DNA from: the human T2T-CHM13v2.0 reference genome, Homo sapiens
Length of the DNA stretch: 64,000 nucleotides
Assembly (NCBI RefSeq): GCF_009914755.1
Contig: NC_060926.1
Reading direction: 5' to 3' (one strand)
The translations under genes and the position numbers were made by a program. The notes beneath the pieces were generated by a model, which was not told where the DNA came from, did not search any database, and was given only the letters and a program-made list of their open reading frames with translations. This document shows positions 40,717 through 58,061 of the stretch, piece by piece (positions within the stretch are counted from its first letter, which is position 1; every line of letters starts with the position of its first letter).

Positions 40717-41944
40717 GATTAGAATGGGTTGGTATACTGAATCACAAAGCAATAACAAGAATTGCTTTCTCATCTGGTCTGGCATATGAGAAAACCACAA
40801 AACAATGCATGCACTGACCCTGCAGGTGTGCGGGCTGCACCATAACAAAGAAATATTATTCCCTGGACTCTTTCTAGTGGTATCATCATTTGTGCTGAGA
40901 CACAAAGAAGTAAACAAATGCCAAATGCTGGCTTTGCTTCTGTGCTTCTCTCACTGGGGAGCTTGAATTGGGTCAGAGAGGAGTCAAATGGGAGGGGGTT
41001 TGTAGGCCAATTTTAGCTGTCAGCTGATATACTGAAAAGAAGAAAAAGAGAAAATAAGTAGAAACAGTGGTTCAATGTTATGATAAACATATGGCTAGAA
41101 ATTTCTGTTAATTTCTTTTAAAATTTTTTTTCTACGTGAATTGAATTGCTGTAATAATAATGACTGGGAAGCCAAGGGTGTGATTTTTCTTTTTATTATA
41201 AGGAAGCTTTGTTTTGTGTTCTGCTGCCTATGAGCAGTTCATATTTCATATGTAGTTGACAACCCCATGGGCTTTATTGCCTCATTTGAAAAGTTATAAA
41301 ACAGCAGCCTCACTTCCCTCAAGATTCTCTCTTCTAGAGTGGTGAACCCAATGGAATGTCAATTGAAATGGTTAAATTTAATCATTTAATTTAATTCTAT
41401 ATTAGGCCATCTGGTTAGCCAAATTTAATATTTCATTGCTGAGGAGCTAACAAAATATGAAGGCCATCGTGATATAGCTTGATTACAGTTTTGCAAATAC
41501 CTTGAATGGTGTCATTTATTTTATAGATGTTTATGTTTAGCTTCTGTATTCTATTCTGTTTAAAGAATCCTGGAGATTATAAGCTGCAAACACTCTTGTA
41601 GTATATAAATTATATTTTTGGGTATCACTCTTCAGTGGCTAGAAATAAGGTCATATTTTCGATAATATTCAAATCATGAAAACTGGAGGCCACACATGAT
41701 CTCGAGAAATCTTCACCCTTCACAATACCAACAAGATATTTCTATGAGTTTCTTAGGGGCTGTCTCACATGTGTGTAGTTCCGTCCCTGTTATTCCATCA
41801 TATTTCCTTGTTACGTTGTAGGTCATCCACAGTTCCTCCCAACCTCAGCATAATCAACCCAGTGGTTGAAAGCGTAGCCAGGGAGTAACCCTTGAATTGT
41901 CTTGTCCCCTCACTCCTGGTTCAATCCACCACTAATCCTTATTG

Positions 41945-42397
41945 ACTCCTGTACTCCTATCTCTATTATTTCAACCATTTCGGCATGCTTTAGTCAACTC
42001 CCAGCAGCTGGTGTCTGCCTCTCCAAGCCTAAAAGCTTCATTCCATAGAAAGCCACTCTGCCCGGACTTGAAGTAGCTACAAATCCTGAGAAATGAATTC
42101 CCCCGGGCCTCCAACCAATATCCTCAACCAAGGAGACTTGGGACTCGTGTATAAATGCTTCCAATCCCTGATACCTCCAGTAGAATAATTCTGAAATGTG
42201 TGTTTTCCAGAGTTTCCCATGAGAGTCAGCTCTGGCTACCTACTATAGTATTTGGCTTGATAACACACCATTAGTGACTGACTTCCTTTCCTTGTCTTAC
42301 TTCCCCACTCATCTAACAGTGTGTCTGTGCCTCCCAAATAAAATACTTACACTTGATCTTTGTCTTAGAGTATACTTTTGGGACAACACAAACTAGA
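41945..42397 (+). mobile_element. LTR16A-like ERVL LTR
   Basis: gtgtataaat, gaataattctgaaatgtgtgttttccagagtttccc, cctcccaaataaaatacttacacttgatctttgtcttagag. Confidence 0.7.
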
Positions 42398-42937
42398 AAA
42401 ACCTCACATTCAAGAAAGATCCCTAGTTCGTTTTCCCATTCGATCTTTTTTGCTATCCCTTTGGTCATTGCTCTAACAAGAACAAGAATCTCCAACATAT
42501 TAATATCTGCTTAAACGTCTTTGCCTCTCTGAAGCTTTCCCAAAAGTTGTTGTCTTCAGAGCTGGTTGTGTAGGTCTATAACAACGTTCACCCATTCCAT
42601 TTCTTCATGTTTCTCAAAGTGCCTTCCTATGAGTGCCTAAAAGTTGATGAAAAGAGAGCGCTCAAAGAGCAAAGAAGAGGATTCTTTTGTTCAGGTCAGG
42701 CATGGCTCGGGCCAAGTTTATCCTTGGAGTATTAATCTGAATGCTCTAGTTAGTCAATGATATCAGCTACAGATAATGAAATTTGCCTCCTCCCTTCCAA
42801 CATGTATAGGATTATTTTATTTCTAATTGCAGAGGCCAGTCTTTAATTAATTCCAAATATTCTCCAGGAGTACGTAAACAAAAATGCTTCTACTCTTTCA
42901 ACATTTAGTTCTGAAACCCACCTTTTATTGCTTGCTC

Positions 42938-43062
42938 CTACAAGAATCTAATGCCACTGCTGATCTGACAGGAGGCAGAGCTCAGGCAGTAATGTTCACT
43001 GGCCTGCAGCTTACCCCCTTCTGTACCATGCCAGTCCATGGCCAGGGATTTAGGGACCCCTG
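42938..43062 (+). mobile_element. MER1B 3' fragment (hAT-Charlie)
   Basis: gaatctaatgccactgctgatctgacaggaggcagagctcaggcagtaatg...ggggacccctg-like terminus. Confidence 0.85.
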
Positions 43063-44394
43063 ATATACAGAGTGACGAGCACCCCAGTGAATGTGTGCCT
43101 GCTGTGATGAGTGAACATGCAAGTGTGAAGACCTTGCACAAGCAGTTGAGAAAGAAAAAGCAAACTACTGAAATGTGGAGGATTTGCACACTCCTTCCAT
43201 TTCTTCTAATCACCATTGTTCTCTCTGGTATGAACTTGGTCAAGCAGTGGCATGAGTTCCATAAAACTGCATAGTGACCTCTCTGGCAAATCTATTAAAA
43301 TTGTCCAGATCAAGCCCAAAAATGATAATTACCTAATTAACTTATTTTTGTTAAGAAAGAGAAGCCAAAAAGTCAAGTGACACCATTTAAGGTTTCATTT
43401 CTCCTTGCAAAACCAAGCACAAGTCACATGATTGCCTGGAAGCTGATACAACTGCCTTCAAAGTTAACAACAAATATCAAATATGCTTAGAGAGAAAATG
43501 GCCCTGTTGGGCAGTGTGCAGTGGAATGGTGACAACAGTCACCTGTGCATACCAGCAGGTATTTCCCTTTTGTGGTGCACCAAATCATCAGTTGGAAGAG
43601 AATGCTTTTACCCTTGGCAAATGCAGACTACATATATGAGCAAGAAGGGCTCTGTGAAATTTTTTTTCCCCAAAACAATTGTTTAGTGAGTCCTGATATT
43701 CTGTAAGAAGTGCACTGGCATCAGTTTCAACTAGCTGTGAGTGCCAAGCCACACACTTTATTTGGAGAGCACCCTTGGCAGTCAGTAATATATGACTTCA
43801 TCTTGAGTTAGGGTTGAGGAAAGTGGACAACTGCGGACAGGATCGACATGTAGTCACAGTGCACTGTGTGATAAAAGCATATTTTGTCCTAGTGAAATTC
43901 ACTACATATTAAGGAGAGGGAGCATGATAGAAATTTATAGCATTGGATGAAGCATAATTATTTTTCATGGCACTAATATTACAAGTAAAATCCATTTCTG
44001 TGATTTCAAGTGGGAAATCTCCATTCTGAATTTGTAATCTTGAACAGCATGAATACTGTGTAGGATGCATGCAGGGAATACATATCACTTTTTAAAATAG
44101 CAAGTCTAAGTAGCTGAAATCATAACACAAATGGCTTTGACTCTTTTCTAATGCTGGGTGATTTTGTTTTCACTTGTTAGAGAAAGACTCAATGGCACAT
44201 AGGTATAAGTAAACTGCCTGCAAACAGATCTACAGAAAATAGCAATATTTTACAGAATCAAGTTAAACCCAGAAATGGACTCATAATCCAATCACTGCTA
44301 TTCACAAATTGAAACATTCATCCTCCCACTTTGGGGTCATGTTCTGCTCACAGGACAGACTGTATGGTGAGGAGCTGTTCAGAGTAAAGTCTTA

Positions 44395-44505
44395 GTCTAT
44401 CATAGTACCTATGATAAAGTGTTTCTGTGAAGATTAAATAAGCTTATACATGTGAAGTGCTTAGAAATTTCCCCACATCAATGATGTTAGCTGTTTTTAA
44501 TATTG
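44395..44505 (+). mobile_element. MIR 3' fragment
   Basis: atagtacct...tgtgaagattaaataagcttatacatgtgaagtgcttagaa. Confidence 0.65.
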
Positions 44506-44517
44506 TTACTCTACTTA

Positions 44518-44782
<265 letters not shown>

Positions 44783-44948
44783 TATATATATATATATATT
44801 TATGTATATATAAATATATGTATATAAAAATATATATATATTTGTATATATAAATATATGTATATAAAAATATATATATTTATGTATATATAAATATATG
44901 TATATAAAAATATATATACATATATATATAGCTGTATATATGTATATT
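44783..44948. repeat. TA-rich minisatellite, 40-bp unit x3 (44801-44920)
   Basis: tatgtatatataaatatatgtatataaaaatatatata(ta/tt/ca) repeated three times. Confidence 0.92.
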
Positions 44949-45081
44949 TACTGTACCTATTCAGACAGGGAAGAGAACATAGTTTTCAGTGAAAAATTCC
45001 TTCTTCATTTTAGAGGCTTAATTCAATTCAAATACTCAAAGCTATTTTAGAGCCACCAAACTTTTGTGTTTTGCAGGTTTC

Positions 45082-45373
45082 TTTTTTTTTTTTTTTTTCT
45101 GAGGCAGAGTCTTGCCCTGTCACCCAGGCTGGAGTGCAGTGGCGCAATCTCAGCTTACTGCAACCTCTGCCTCCTGAGTTCAAATGGTTCTCATGTCTCA
45201 GCCTCCTGATTAGCCAGGATTACGGGTGCATGCCACCATGCTGAGCTAATTTTTGTATTTTTTAGTAGAGATGGGGTTTCACCATATTGGCCAGCCTAGT
45301 CTGAAGCTCCTGGCCTCATGTGATCTGCAACTGCCTCGGCCTCCCAAAATGCGTAGTGAACCACTATGCCTGG
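45082..45373 (-). mobile_element. Alu (AluJb-like)
   Basis: Dimeric reverse Alu with ctcctggcctcatgtgatc; small deletion near the 5' end. Confidence 0.92.
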
Positions 45374-47404
45374 GTGAACCACTAAACTTTTGTTTGCAGG
45401 TTCTGATTACCTAATTAAGAGGGAAGGTTTTCTAATGGGATAGAAGAAATAAAGTGTAAAAAAAGAAAGAGAGAAACAACAAATTGACCTATGACTCATG
45501 CTATATATTTTGAGATATGTTTATAAACACTTAGAAGTCTGCAGATCAGGCAGGTGTATGGCTAATTTGGCCCATGCCCCTTCCCTTGATCGTAGAACCT
45601 GGCTAGTTTCTCTTGATTGGTTTTCTAATGTCTGGAACTGCAGAGCCTCTATCTCCTATTCTCTATTCAGTACAATCCAACTTAGAGAAACCACTCGTGT
45701 TTTTGATCACCTGTTAAGATTATTCTCAGCAGGAAATATTTCTCCTGAGTGAATAACAATAGAAAGAGGAGAGAATGATTATTTTTGCCTCCCCTGGTGA
45801 GTATTTTAAGACACATGGAAAGTATTTAAGTTTTTTTAATATTAAAAAGCTTGCCAGATCCCCCTCTCTGTGAAAGATGATTCCCTATTCAGAGAGGAGA
45901 AGAGGAATGGTGTGTGTGTGAAGGAGCAGCCTGATCAGATTTAAGGAAATAATAATTTGTGATATGAAATGTACTTTCTAGGTCACTTTCCAGAAATCAT
46001 TGTTACTGGTAGGAGATTATTACAGAATCCAAGGAACACAAAACTCAAAATTTCCCCCTTACCTAAAAAAGAGTGAAAGAAAGGATTGCTGTAAACTGGC
46101 ATTATGAGAGCTAGGGAATAATAAGAAACTGATGGTTTCCTCCCTACCCTATGGGATGCCTAAGCTTTGGACAGGGGTTATTTCCATTTGATTGCCTGGT
46201 TTTGCTTTTGCTTTTTTTTTTTTTTTTTCCAAGTAGACTCAGCAGTTCTTTTCCCAAATCTCTATAGATAGAATATTTTTATTTTTAATAAGTCCAGTTC
46301 ACAGGATAAAAAAGGGAGGGAATAGAAAATCACCAACACAGTACACTAATTGCCTGTTTTTTACTCTGTATAATTTAAGTGTGGGAGAAAGAAACATAAA
46401 TCCAGAAGAATTGGGGCAGAGCATAATCATGGTGGAAATAGATCTAAAATGTAAAGAAAATAAATGACACTAGAAGCAGCAGCATAGTAGCCAGGAAAGT
46501 GCATGACCCAGACCATCTTCTGGGGGGCACAGTTGAGGGAGAGCTCCAGGTGTGCTGTGAAATCTGCAATATTCATGCTGAAGCCACAATCCCTGGGGCT
46601 GTTTGCCTGCTAATGACTAAGCATAATGCCAGCAATAATACGGCCCTGTTCCTGCCAAACACAAGGCACTCTAATGGGTGACTTTGGTTCCAAGACTCTC
46701 CATTAGCATGACTCAAACTTTTGGAGAATAACACAGCAGTCTGAGACTCTTCCCACCAACCCTCCTTCCTTTCCCCTTCCTCTGCCTGCCTACCCTGGTC
46801 TTCAATTTCATCCTTTCTGGGCATTCTTTCAATAAATTTCTGTGCATTTCATCCTGTCTTGGCATCTGCTTCTGCATCTGAACGGATGCCTATGCATATA
46901 CTTATTTATTATATAGGCATAATGATATATTACATCAGTTTGAGAAAGAGAAAAAACCATCAGTCCATTCCTCTCCTCTTGTTTTCCATGTTTATATAAT
47001 GACAATATTTCACTAATTGTTAATTGTTGTCTAAAAATAGTGTTAATTTTATTTACCATTTTATTCTAATTTATTTTACCATTGATTATATAATTTCCTT
47101 AAGTTTAGTTATAGTCAGTATAACATTGCAACTGATATGCCATAAGTTGTTTATATTTTTATGGTCATTTATGGATCACCTTCTTATTTCAAATAGTACT
47201 GGAAGAAATTTCTCTCTCTCTGTCTCTCACACACACACACACATGCACACACACGGACACACTTCCCATTCCCCTCTTTTTTTTTTTTTTGAAGGTCCTG
47301 AGATACTAATGTCCCGAATGACTCCACTGTGTGTAGGAAGAAACCAACTAGTATGGCCCAAGTATTACTACAGGGAATGTTGCTGGAGTAATGGGATAAG
47401 AATT

Positions 47405-47560
47405 GTCTTTCCAAGGCTTAATTTTTTCATCTGTAAAATAGGTATAATAAGGGTATCTCATAGGATTTTGGTGAGGATTTTTAAGGCTTTGCATACAAAT
47501 GGCCATATTACTTAGTCATTGAATGATATTATTATTATTTGTATTACTATTATTATAATT
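47405..47560 (+). mobile_element. MIR
   Basis: ttttcatctgtaaaataggtataataagggtatctcataggattttggtgaggatt. Confidence 0.75.
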
Positions 47561-48208
47561 CTCCTTAAGAGGGGGATTTTAAAGTCTCAGTTGAATTTTT
47601 AGTCTCCAAACTCTCCAAGAACTCCTCCTTTGTCACTAAAGGAGTCTTTGTTTTATCATACCTCAAAGATGACTCTCTTCCTTTTTCCCCACTTGTCATG
47701 GAGCCATATTGCACCTAACTTCTAGCTCACAACTCCCTCTTTCATTTATAGGGTTCTTGCATGCTTTACATTTTAAGAGAATAAAAGGGTAATTTTGGAG
47801 ACTGCTCAAACTATTATGTCAAACATTTTCTTCTAAATTTTTATTCTAAGTGATTTGTTTTCTAAGTTCTGGAAACCAAGACTTAAAATACATGTAGAAA
47901 TTAAAGCTGAATTGAAAATTAAAGATATCACATGGGCCTTGCAACTCAGAGAATAAACTTAACTCAGTGTTAAACACGTGCTCCCACAGCCCTAGATAGG
48001 ACTACCTGGAAGCCTTTCTTCTCTAGGAGCCTAACACCTCATCTTTGTGGGGCTCCTTCCAACTGAGATTTGCTTTTCTTCTTCAATGCTTATTTTTATC
48101 CTGTTCCAGAAGATCTAAAGTCTCACCCTCCAGCCTACTAGCAAAAACATAAAGTCTCTTAAAAGAATACATATAACACTGTATTATAAAATATTACATA
48201 ATATAATT

Positions 48209-48603
48209 TGTATTAGTCTGTCCTGCCACTACTATAAAGAAATGCCTGAGACTGGGTAATTTATAAGAAAAGAGATTTAACTGGCACAATGTTCCACAGG
48301 TTGTACAGGAAGCACGGCCGCCTCTGCTTCTGGGGAGGCCTCAGGGAGCTTTTACTCATGGTGGAGCAGGTGTCTTACACGGCAGGAAAAGGACCCAGAG
48401 AGAGAGAGAGGTGATACACACTTTGAAACAACCAGATCTCGCGAGGACTCACTCACTCTACAGTACCAAGAGAGGATGGTGCTAAATCATTCATGAGAAC
48501 TCCGCCCTCAGGATCCAGTCACCTCCCACCAGGCCCCGCCTCCAACAGTGGGGATTATGATTTGACCTGAGATTTTGTGGGGACACAGATCCAAACCGTA
48601 CCA
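48209..48603 (-). mobile_element. MSTA-type solo LTR
   Basis: tgtattagtc...ggggaggcctcagggagcttttactcatgg...ggggacacagatccaaaccgtacca. Confidence 0.92.
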
Positions 48604-49379
48604 ACATTATATATATTTCTCTGAAAGAACCCATTCTCCCTCAATTAAAAAAGCTTTGTGTATTATTAAACATACATTTAACATTCCACGGTTTCTTCAC
48701 CAATGTCTGGTCAGTGTGTAGGTTCTTGAGTTTTGACTGAAAGGATTCACCAGGGAGAGTTGCCAGAACACAGAAAACTCTGCCCCAGAGCCTCATCCAT
48801 GCTTCTATGTACAGCTCAACAAAACACATTTTTTAAAAGCATTTTGTCCTTTTTACATTACTTTTAGCTATTTTAAACATATAGGTATAGTCTCAGAGCT
48901 TCCAGTCAAATATGGATCGTCAAGCGGAAGCGGAGGACAGCCTTCCCTTAGAGAGCGATTTTTATCTGTGCTCCATCCCCATCGTGGTTTTATCTGTGTG
49001 AAAATGAGCTTCTTTGAAGTGCCGTTAACTAAGCGGGGATGGAGGAATTGGCTAGGAGCCAGGTTATAACCTTCTTACTTGGAATATTCGTCTATATCCT
49101 ACGTAATGAAGTGCATTAACGTTTATACATTTTATTGCAGTTATTTAGTCAATTTTTTTATTGTAAACCAACATGGATGCTTTGTCTCAGGCATATTCTA
49201 ATTAGATTATTTTAAATAAAATTATAAAGACGGCAGGATTCAGAAACGAAGTATTTATAATAAATTTGTTATTGCCAATACTAAATATTTTCTCATTTGT
49301 AGTTCCCCAGTCTGTCAGCAGGTTGCAGCAGAGGGCTGGCTTTAGTTTTAAATTAGCATGTTAAAGAGCATTAAAATAT

Positions 49380-49822
49380 TTCTCCCTCCCTCCCTCCCCT
49401 TCCTTCCTCCTTTCCTCCTTTCCTCCCTCCCTCCCTCCCTCCCTCCCTCCCTCCCTCCCTTCCTTCCTTCCTTCCTTCCTTCCTTCCTTCCTTCCTTCCT
49501 CTCTCCCTCCCTCCTGCCCTCCCTCGCTTCTTTCCTTCTTTTTCCTCCCCTTCCATCCTTCTTCTTTCCTTCCTTCTGTCCTTTGTATCTTCCTTCTTTC
49601 TTCCTCCTTCTCTTCCTTGTTTCCTTTATTCCTTTATTCTTTCTCTCTCTTTTCTCATCCCTCCCTTCCTCCCATCTTTCCTCCTTTCTCTTTCTTCATT
49701 TCCTCCCGTCCTCCCTTTCTTTTCCTTCTTTCTTTTCCTCAGTTTTTTTTCCTCTCTCTCTTTCTTGCCTCTATCCTTTCCTTCCTCCCTTCCTTCCTTC
49801 CTTCTATTTTCCTTCCTTTCTC
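49380..49822 (+). repeat. Polypyrimidine (TCCC/TTCC)n tract including (TTCC)10 at 49460-49499
   Basis: Read directly; about 440 bp that is almost purely C/T. Confidence 0.97.
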
Positions 49823-50834
49823 GTTACTTTTTCTTACAATATGAACATGATACTCAATTACATTCTGTAAATGGAGGAGCTGACTCAATAGTAAAGTGTT
49901 TATGTATGTGTATATTTAAAATGATGTCTACCTTTTAGGATTTTTTTAAAATAGTACTGTAGTTAAAGATGGAGACCTTATATAGAAGAATAGAGTATCA
50001 ATAAAAATAAGAGTAGATAAACTTATAATTTGACTAACAAAGATAACAATAGCAAAGCCCAGATTTGGTGTGATGTATACAAACTCTTAGGATCACACTC
50101 CACTCATATAGCATATGCAAATGGCCTTGTTTTTGCAACTGCATTTGGAAATGTGGAAGAGGGAAAAAGGCATTTCAATCATAGCTCTCATTAGTTATTC
50201 ACTGTATCCAGGCCGCTCAATTGTGCTTCTGTCTTTAATGTAATAGTAAGCAATAATCTCACAGCTGTGCTTTGTAGAGTGAACTATATAAGCATCTATA
50301 TTGAGATTTCATACACACATAACATAAAAGCAAGAGAAAAGCATCAAGAATACCGCTTGGCCCATTGCAAAACCATACAAAAGAAATAATAACTCTCCCT
50401 CAGAACGGTTTTGTAGAGTGACCAGCTGTAAGATAGACTTGTATTCTATAATGAAATCACCATTCAAAAAGTGATTACTTCAAGGTATGACACTACTTTC
50501 CCTTTGAAACATTGATATCTTTAATTATACAACATCAGTATCAGCCACTGGGATGAGATAAAACAGATTCCTAAGCCAAAATTTGTCTCCCTTTCAATGT
50601 TCTCATTCACTTCATCTCCTTCTAAGCGCTTACCCGAAGGCTCCCAAAGGACATTGCTCATATATGAGACACGGTGGGTGCTTTTTTCTCCAGCATTTGA
50701 GGTTGAGTGTTCATTGTTAACTGGGAAGTGTTTTAGGCTTATTGTTTAATTCACAAAAATGTCAGTTTTGGCAGTGTTCAGTAATAAAAATTTCTTAGTA
50801 ATAGTTTGGATATATAACATTGCCGTGCGTTCCA

Positions 50835-51090
50835 CATTCATTTGACAAATATTTACTGAACTACTATCAATGTTCTTGGCATGCATTAAACAGACTAGGC
50901 CTTGCTCACTGTGGAGCTTAGCATGGGCAGGAGGGAAGAAAGACTTCAGCTGATAATTATATCGATCTTTAAAATAGTTACAATTATGTTAAGTGCTATG
51001 AAAGCAAAGGACACTGTGTTATGAGAAAGCACAAGAAAAACACTTGACCTGGCCTGGGGGTGGGGAAATAAATTAGAGTCGCTTTCCTTT
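50835..51090 (-). mobile_element. LINE-2 3' fragment
   Basis: cattcatttgacaaatatttactgaact...gtggagctta...taagtgctatgaaag. Confidence 0.7.
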
Positions 51091-52259
51091 GTGACAGATA
51101 GGGAAATTCATTAGTCTCAGGCAGTGGTTTAGAGTGAGGTTTGATTATTGCCTTTAATTTGTAATTAAATAGGAGAAACTATAACTGAGCATGAAGCAAA
51201 ATCTGATGTAATGTAGCACATTAATTTATTGTATGGGATGATCATTGTGGTGAGTGGTACAAGATAGAGCAGCTTCATTTAAAAAGTCATATTTTGAATT
51301 GTATGAAACACGTTTGTCTTTAATTATGGCAAGCCCGAAAAAGTGTGGTCACTACTGTTCATGTGAGCAAAGACTCCATATCTTAAATATTGTGGCTGTT
51401 AACCTATAGGTTAGGACTTTGTCTCTTTTTGGACCACATAGTTTGTAAAAGCACACAAAAATCACAAATCACATTTTGATAAAAAAAAAACTATACTTTC
51501 AAAGAGTCCATCTTGCATATCTTTTCCCTCCACCTGTATAAATAAAATTTTATAGTTTTCTTTTTTTAAGTGTGTCAAAACCCATAGCTGATATCAGTTT
51601 TAAGTAGAGATTCTGTGGTGCTTTTTTAGTACTCTCAGTTACATACTCTTAATTCATAAGTAGAGTGAATTAATACACTAACTTGAATGGAAGCTGACTA
51701 AATGCTGATAAAGTAATGATAATTAGGAGAATGCATAGCAATAGGTAGTTTCAATATCTTTGTTAATAGAAAAAAGGAGAAGAAATAGCATGAAATTAGC
51801 AGACAGTGAGTTAAGGTATTGTAAACATAAAACGAATCTGTAGGAAACGATAAATTATAAAAATTAACTGCGCACAGTGGAAGCAGAGAAACAAATGAAA
51901 ATAAAATTAAAACAGAAATTTACTCATATTAAAGTAGAACAGCAAGAGATCGTCTTTATTTGGCAGTATTTTGAAAATGATATTTTGAGAAGTAGAGGAA
52001 TAAAATAAGAATAATAGGTCTATATAGAAATGTGTAAAAATAATTTATACTAGAAAAGAGCAAAGTTTCAAAACAAAATAATCAAAACTGCATAAAAAGT
52101 ACAAATGCTGAAGGTAAAGGATATGGTATGTTCAATGAGAAAATCAACAAAAAAAAATACAAAGAAAAGATAATCTAAAATGAGGAAAAACCTAACTGAC
52201 AATGTCAACCATTGTCACTTAGATTACTGATGACTTAGATTTATTCCAAAAGTATATAA

Positions 52260-56008
<3,749 letters not shown>

Positions 56009-57124
56009 ATAAATACTCTTTAGAATTTTAAGAATGAGGTTAATCAAGTAATAAAAATAGTATTAGAGTCATTGCCGGTTTAGGGACTAGAGTGTTTTTA
56101 GATAGCTAGTCACTTCAGGATGTGTGTGTATGATCCACTTGAATTTTAGAAAGGTAGAACAAGTTTTTCCAGTGAAATCCACCCACATCCCACTCCAACA
56201 TTCTCCTACCTATGACCCCTGTGAGGTAGGAGAATTATGTGAACTTTGTTAGCAGACACAACCTGACAACTGTCACTTCATCTCTTATCTGTTTAATTCC
56301 CAAATAGGGTGCAATGAAGCTTATTTATTCCAATGCCAAGCTTCAAAACCTAAAATTCTAAAATGTATGTTCTAGATAAGGGAAAAGAAACTTTCCATTA
56401 CTTTGTTATGCATAGCCTTATTTTACCAAAGGTTATAATTAGGTCCAAGGGTCTTTCTGAAAGACTGTTTGTTTAACAGAGATGTGCTAACTCAATTATC
56501 TGGGAATAAAAGGAACAAAAGAAAGGCATTATGCAAATGTCAGCAAATAAAGGAGATATAAAGTTTCTTGGGTTTTAAAACCAATTAAAAATTAATATCA
56601 AGGCTCTCCTTGCATGCCATTAATATTGTAGCCTCCAAAATGTAGGGACAATTGGAAAATGTATGAGATATTATAAGGAATAAAAAAAGGTTAGAACATA
56701 CCATGAGGTTTAGGCCATAATCTCTATGAAGATATGGTTACAACTGATCAGGCTGATGGTGCAAATTAGCCGTGAGTGTCCATTGCACTTAAAAAAACAA
56801 GCTGCCTTACTGAATAGATAGAAATAAAAATAGATTGAATATCTATGGATTGTCTCTCCTTCCTTTAAACCTAGTGATATAACTTTTCCAATGTGTTAAA
56901 AAGTTTACTTCACTTGATGATGTGAAAATAAGTGGAGTAACCTCTGTGATGTTAGACACTTAGAGTCATAGATGGAAATTTAAAGAGATAATGTGCTTAA
57001 ATGGAGACTGCACTTTACCCTTCACAGAGTTTAGTATTGTCACATCAAAATGTTTGTTGAAATTCATTTGTCATCAGTCATTAATATCCCCACAAGCAGA
57101 TTGGATTCTATGCTTAGGTACATT

Positions 57125-57317
57125 AGGTATATATGTCTATGTATGTATCTTTATCTATACATCTTATACACACATACATGCACACACACACATGCACATA
57201 CACATACATATTCATGTATATAGCATTATATTAGTATATAATATATCTTATACATGAGTAATTGTATTAATATTTTAAAAATAATATGTTTTCCAACTTG
57301 TAAAATCAACACATGGG

Positions 57318-57350
<33 letters not shown>

Positions 57351-57400
57351 TTATATTACATATGATATACATAATGGAAATGTACACTATATAATATTTT
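57125..57400. repeat. TA/CA-rich low-complexity region including (TA)n
   Basis: Read directly from the sequence. Confidence 0.8.
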
Positions 57401-58061
57401 ACAGTTATATAAGATAGTCACAAATTCTGGATGACAGAGCTAGGTTGGGTACTAAATCTTTATTTTGGAAATTTTACTTGAAAATAATCCTGTTGGTCTC
57501 GGGGCTCTGTTTCACCTTCTATCTCCGGTTGGTATTAACGGGCTCAGCAATGCTATTTCACCCTTATCACTCCTAGTTGTAGAGGTGGTCCTTGAGCTCA
57601 TGTCAATGATGGGTTGAGCACCTCAGTTTTCAACTTGTTAATGCTTTCTTTTGCTCACACGTTTATGCTTTTATTTCCCATATTTTCATCACGATTTGCC
57701 ATTTACTATTTTTTACCTTGTAGGGTAGCTAACCTAGAGGTTTTTGTTTTCCTAGTGAATGATCTTCACTGACTGTTTTCTTCTCTTCACCCCACTGGTA
57801 AAGGAGAGCTTCCCTCCTGGGGGTTCTGGGCATTCATTGCTGGCCAGAGGGCACCCAGCACTGGACAGATGAGATTGGCAGCAGGTTATTAGCAACACAC
57901 ACCTAAAGCCACAGGGAGAAGGATACCAGAGGCCATGGGAGGAAACTTTGTAAGGCCAAGAGGATTAGGTACCCCTGTTGCCTGCCCCATTCCCATGAGG
58001 GGATGTGATTTGCTTGTAGGCTGGCAGGGAAGTGAGACCTTTTAGGTTGAGGCCCAGGTAG

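Noticed and set aside
44284-44294. Perfect DUX4-type motif TAATCCAATCA
   Set aside because: Roughly one chance match is expected in 64 kb of AT-rich DNA; the corresponding motifs in the three THE1 LTRs are mutated
47024-47515. 163-aa ORF
   Set aside because: Spans AT-rich DNA, CA and T runs and a MIR; low-complexity translation
49358-49870. 170-aa ORF, the longest in the track
   Set aside because: It is a translation of the polypyrimidine microsatellite (P/S/F/L only)
50623-50668. Two short perfect palindromes (taagcgctta, ctcatatatgag)
   Set aside because: Palindromes of 10-12 bp are expected many times by chance in this window
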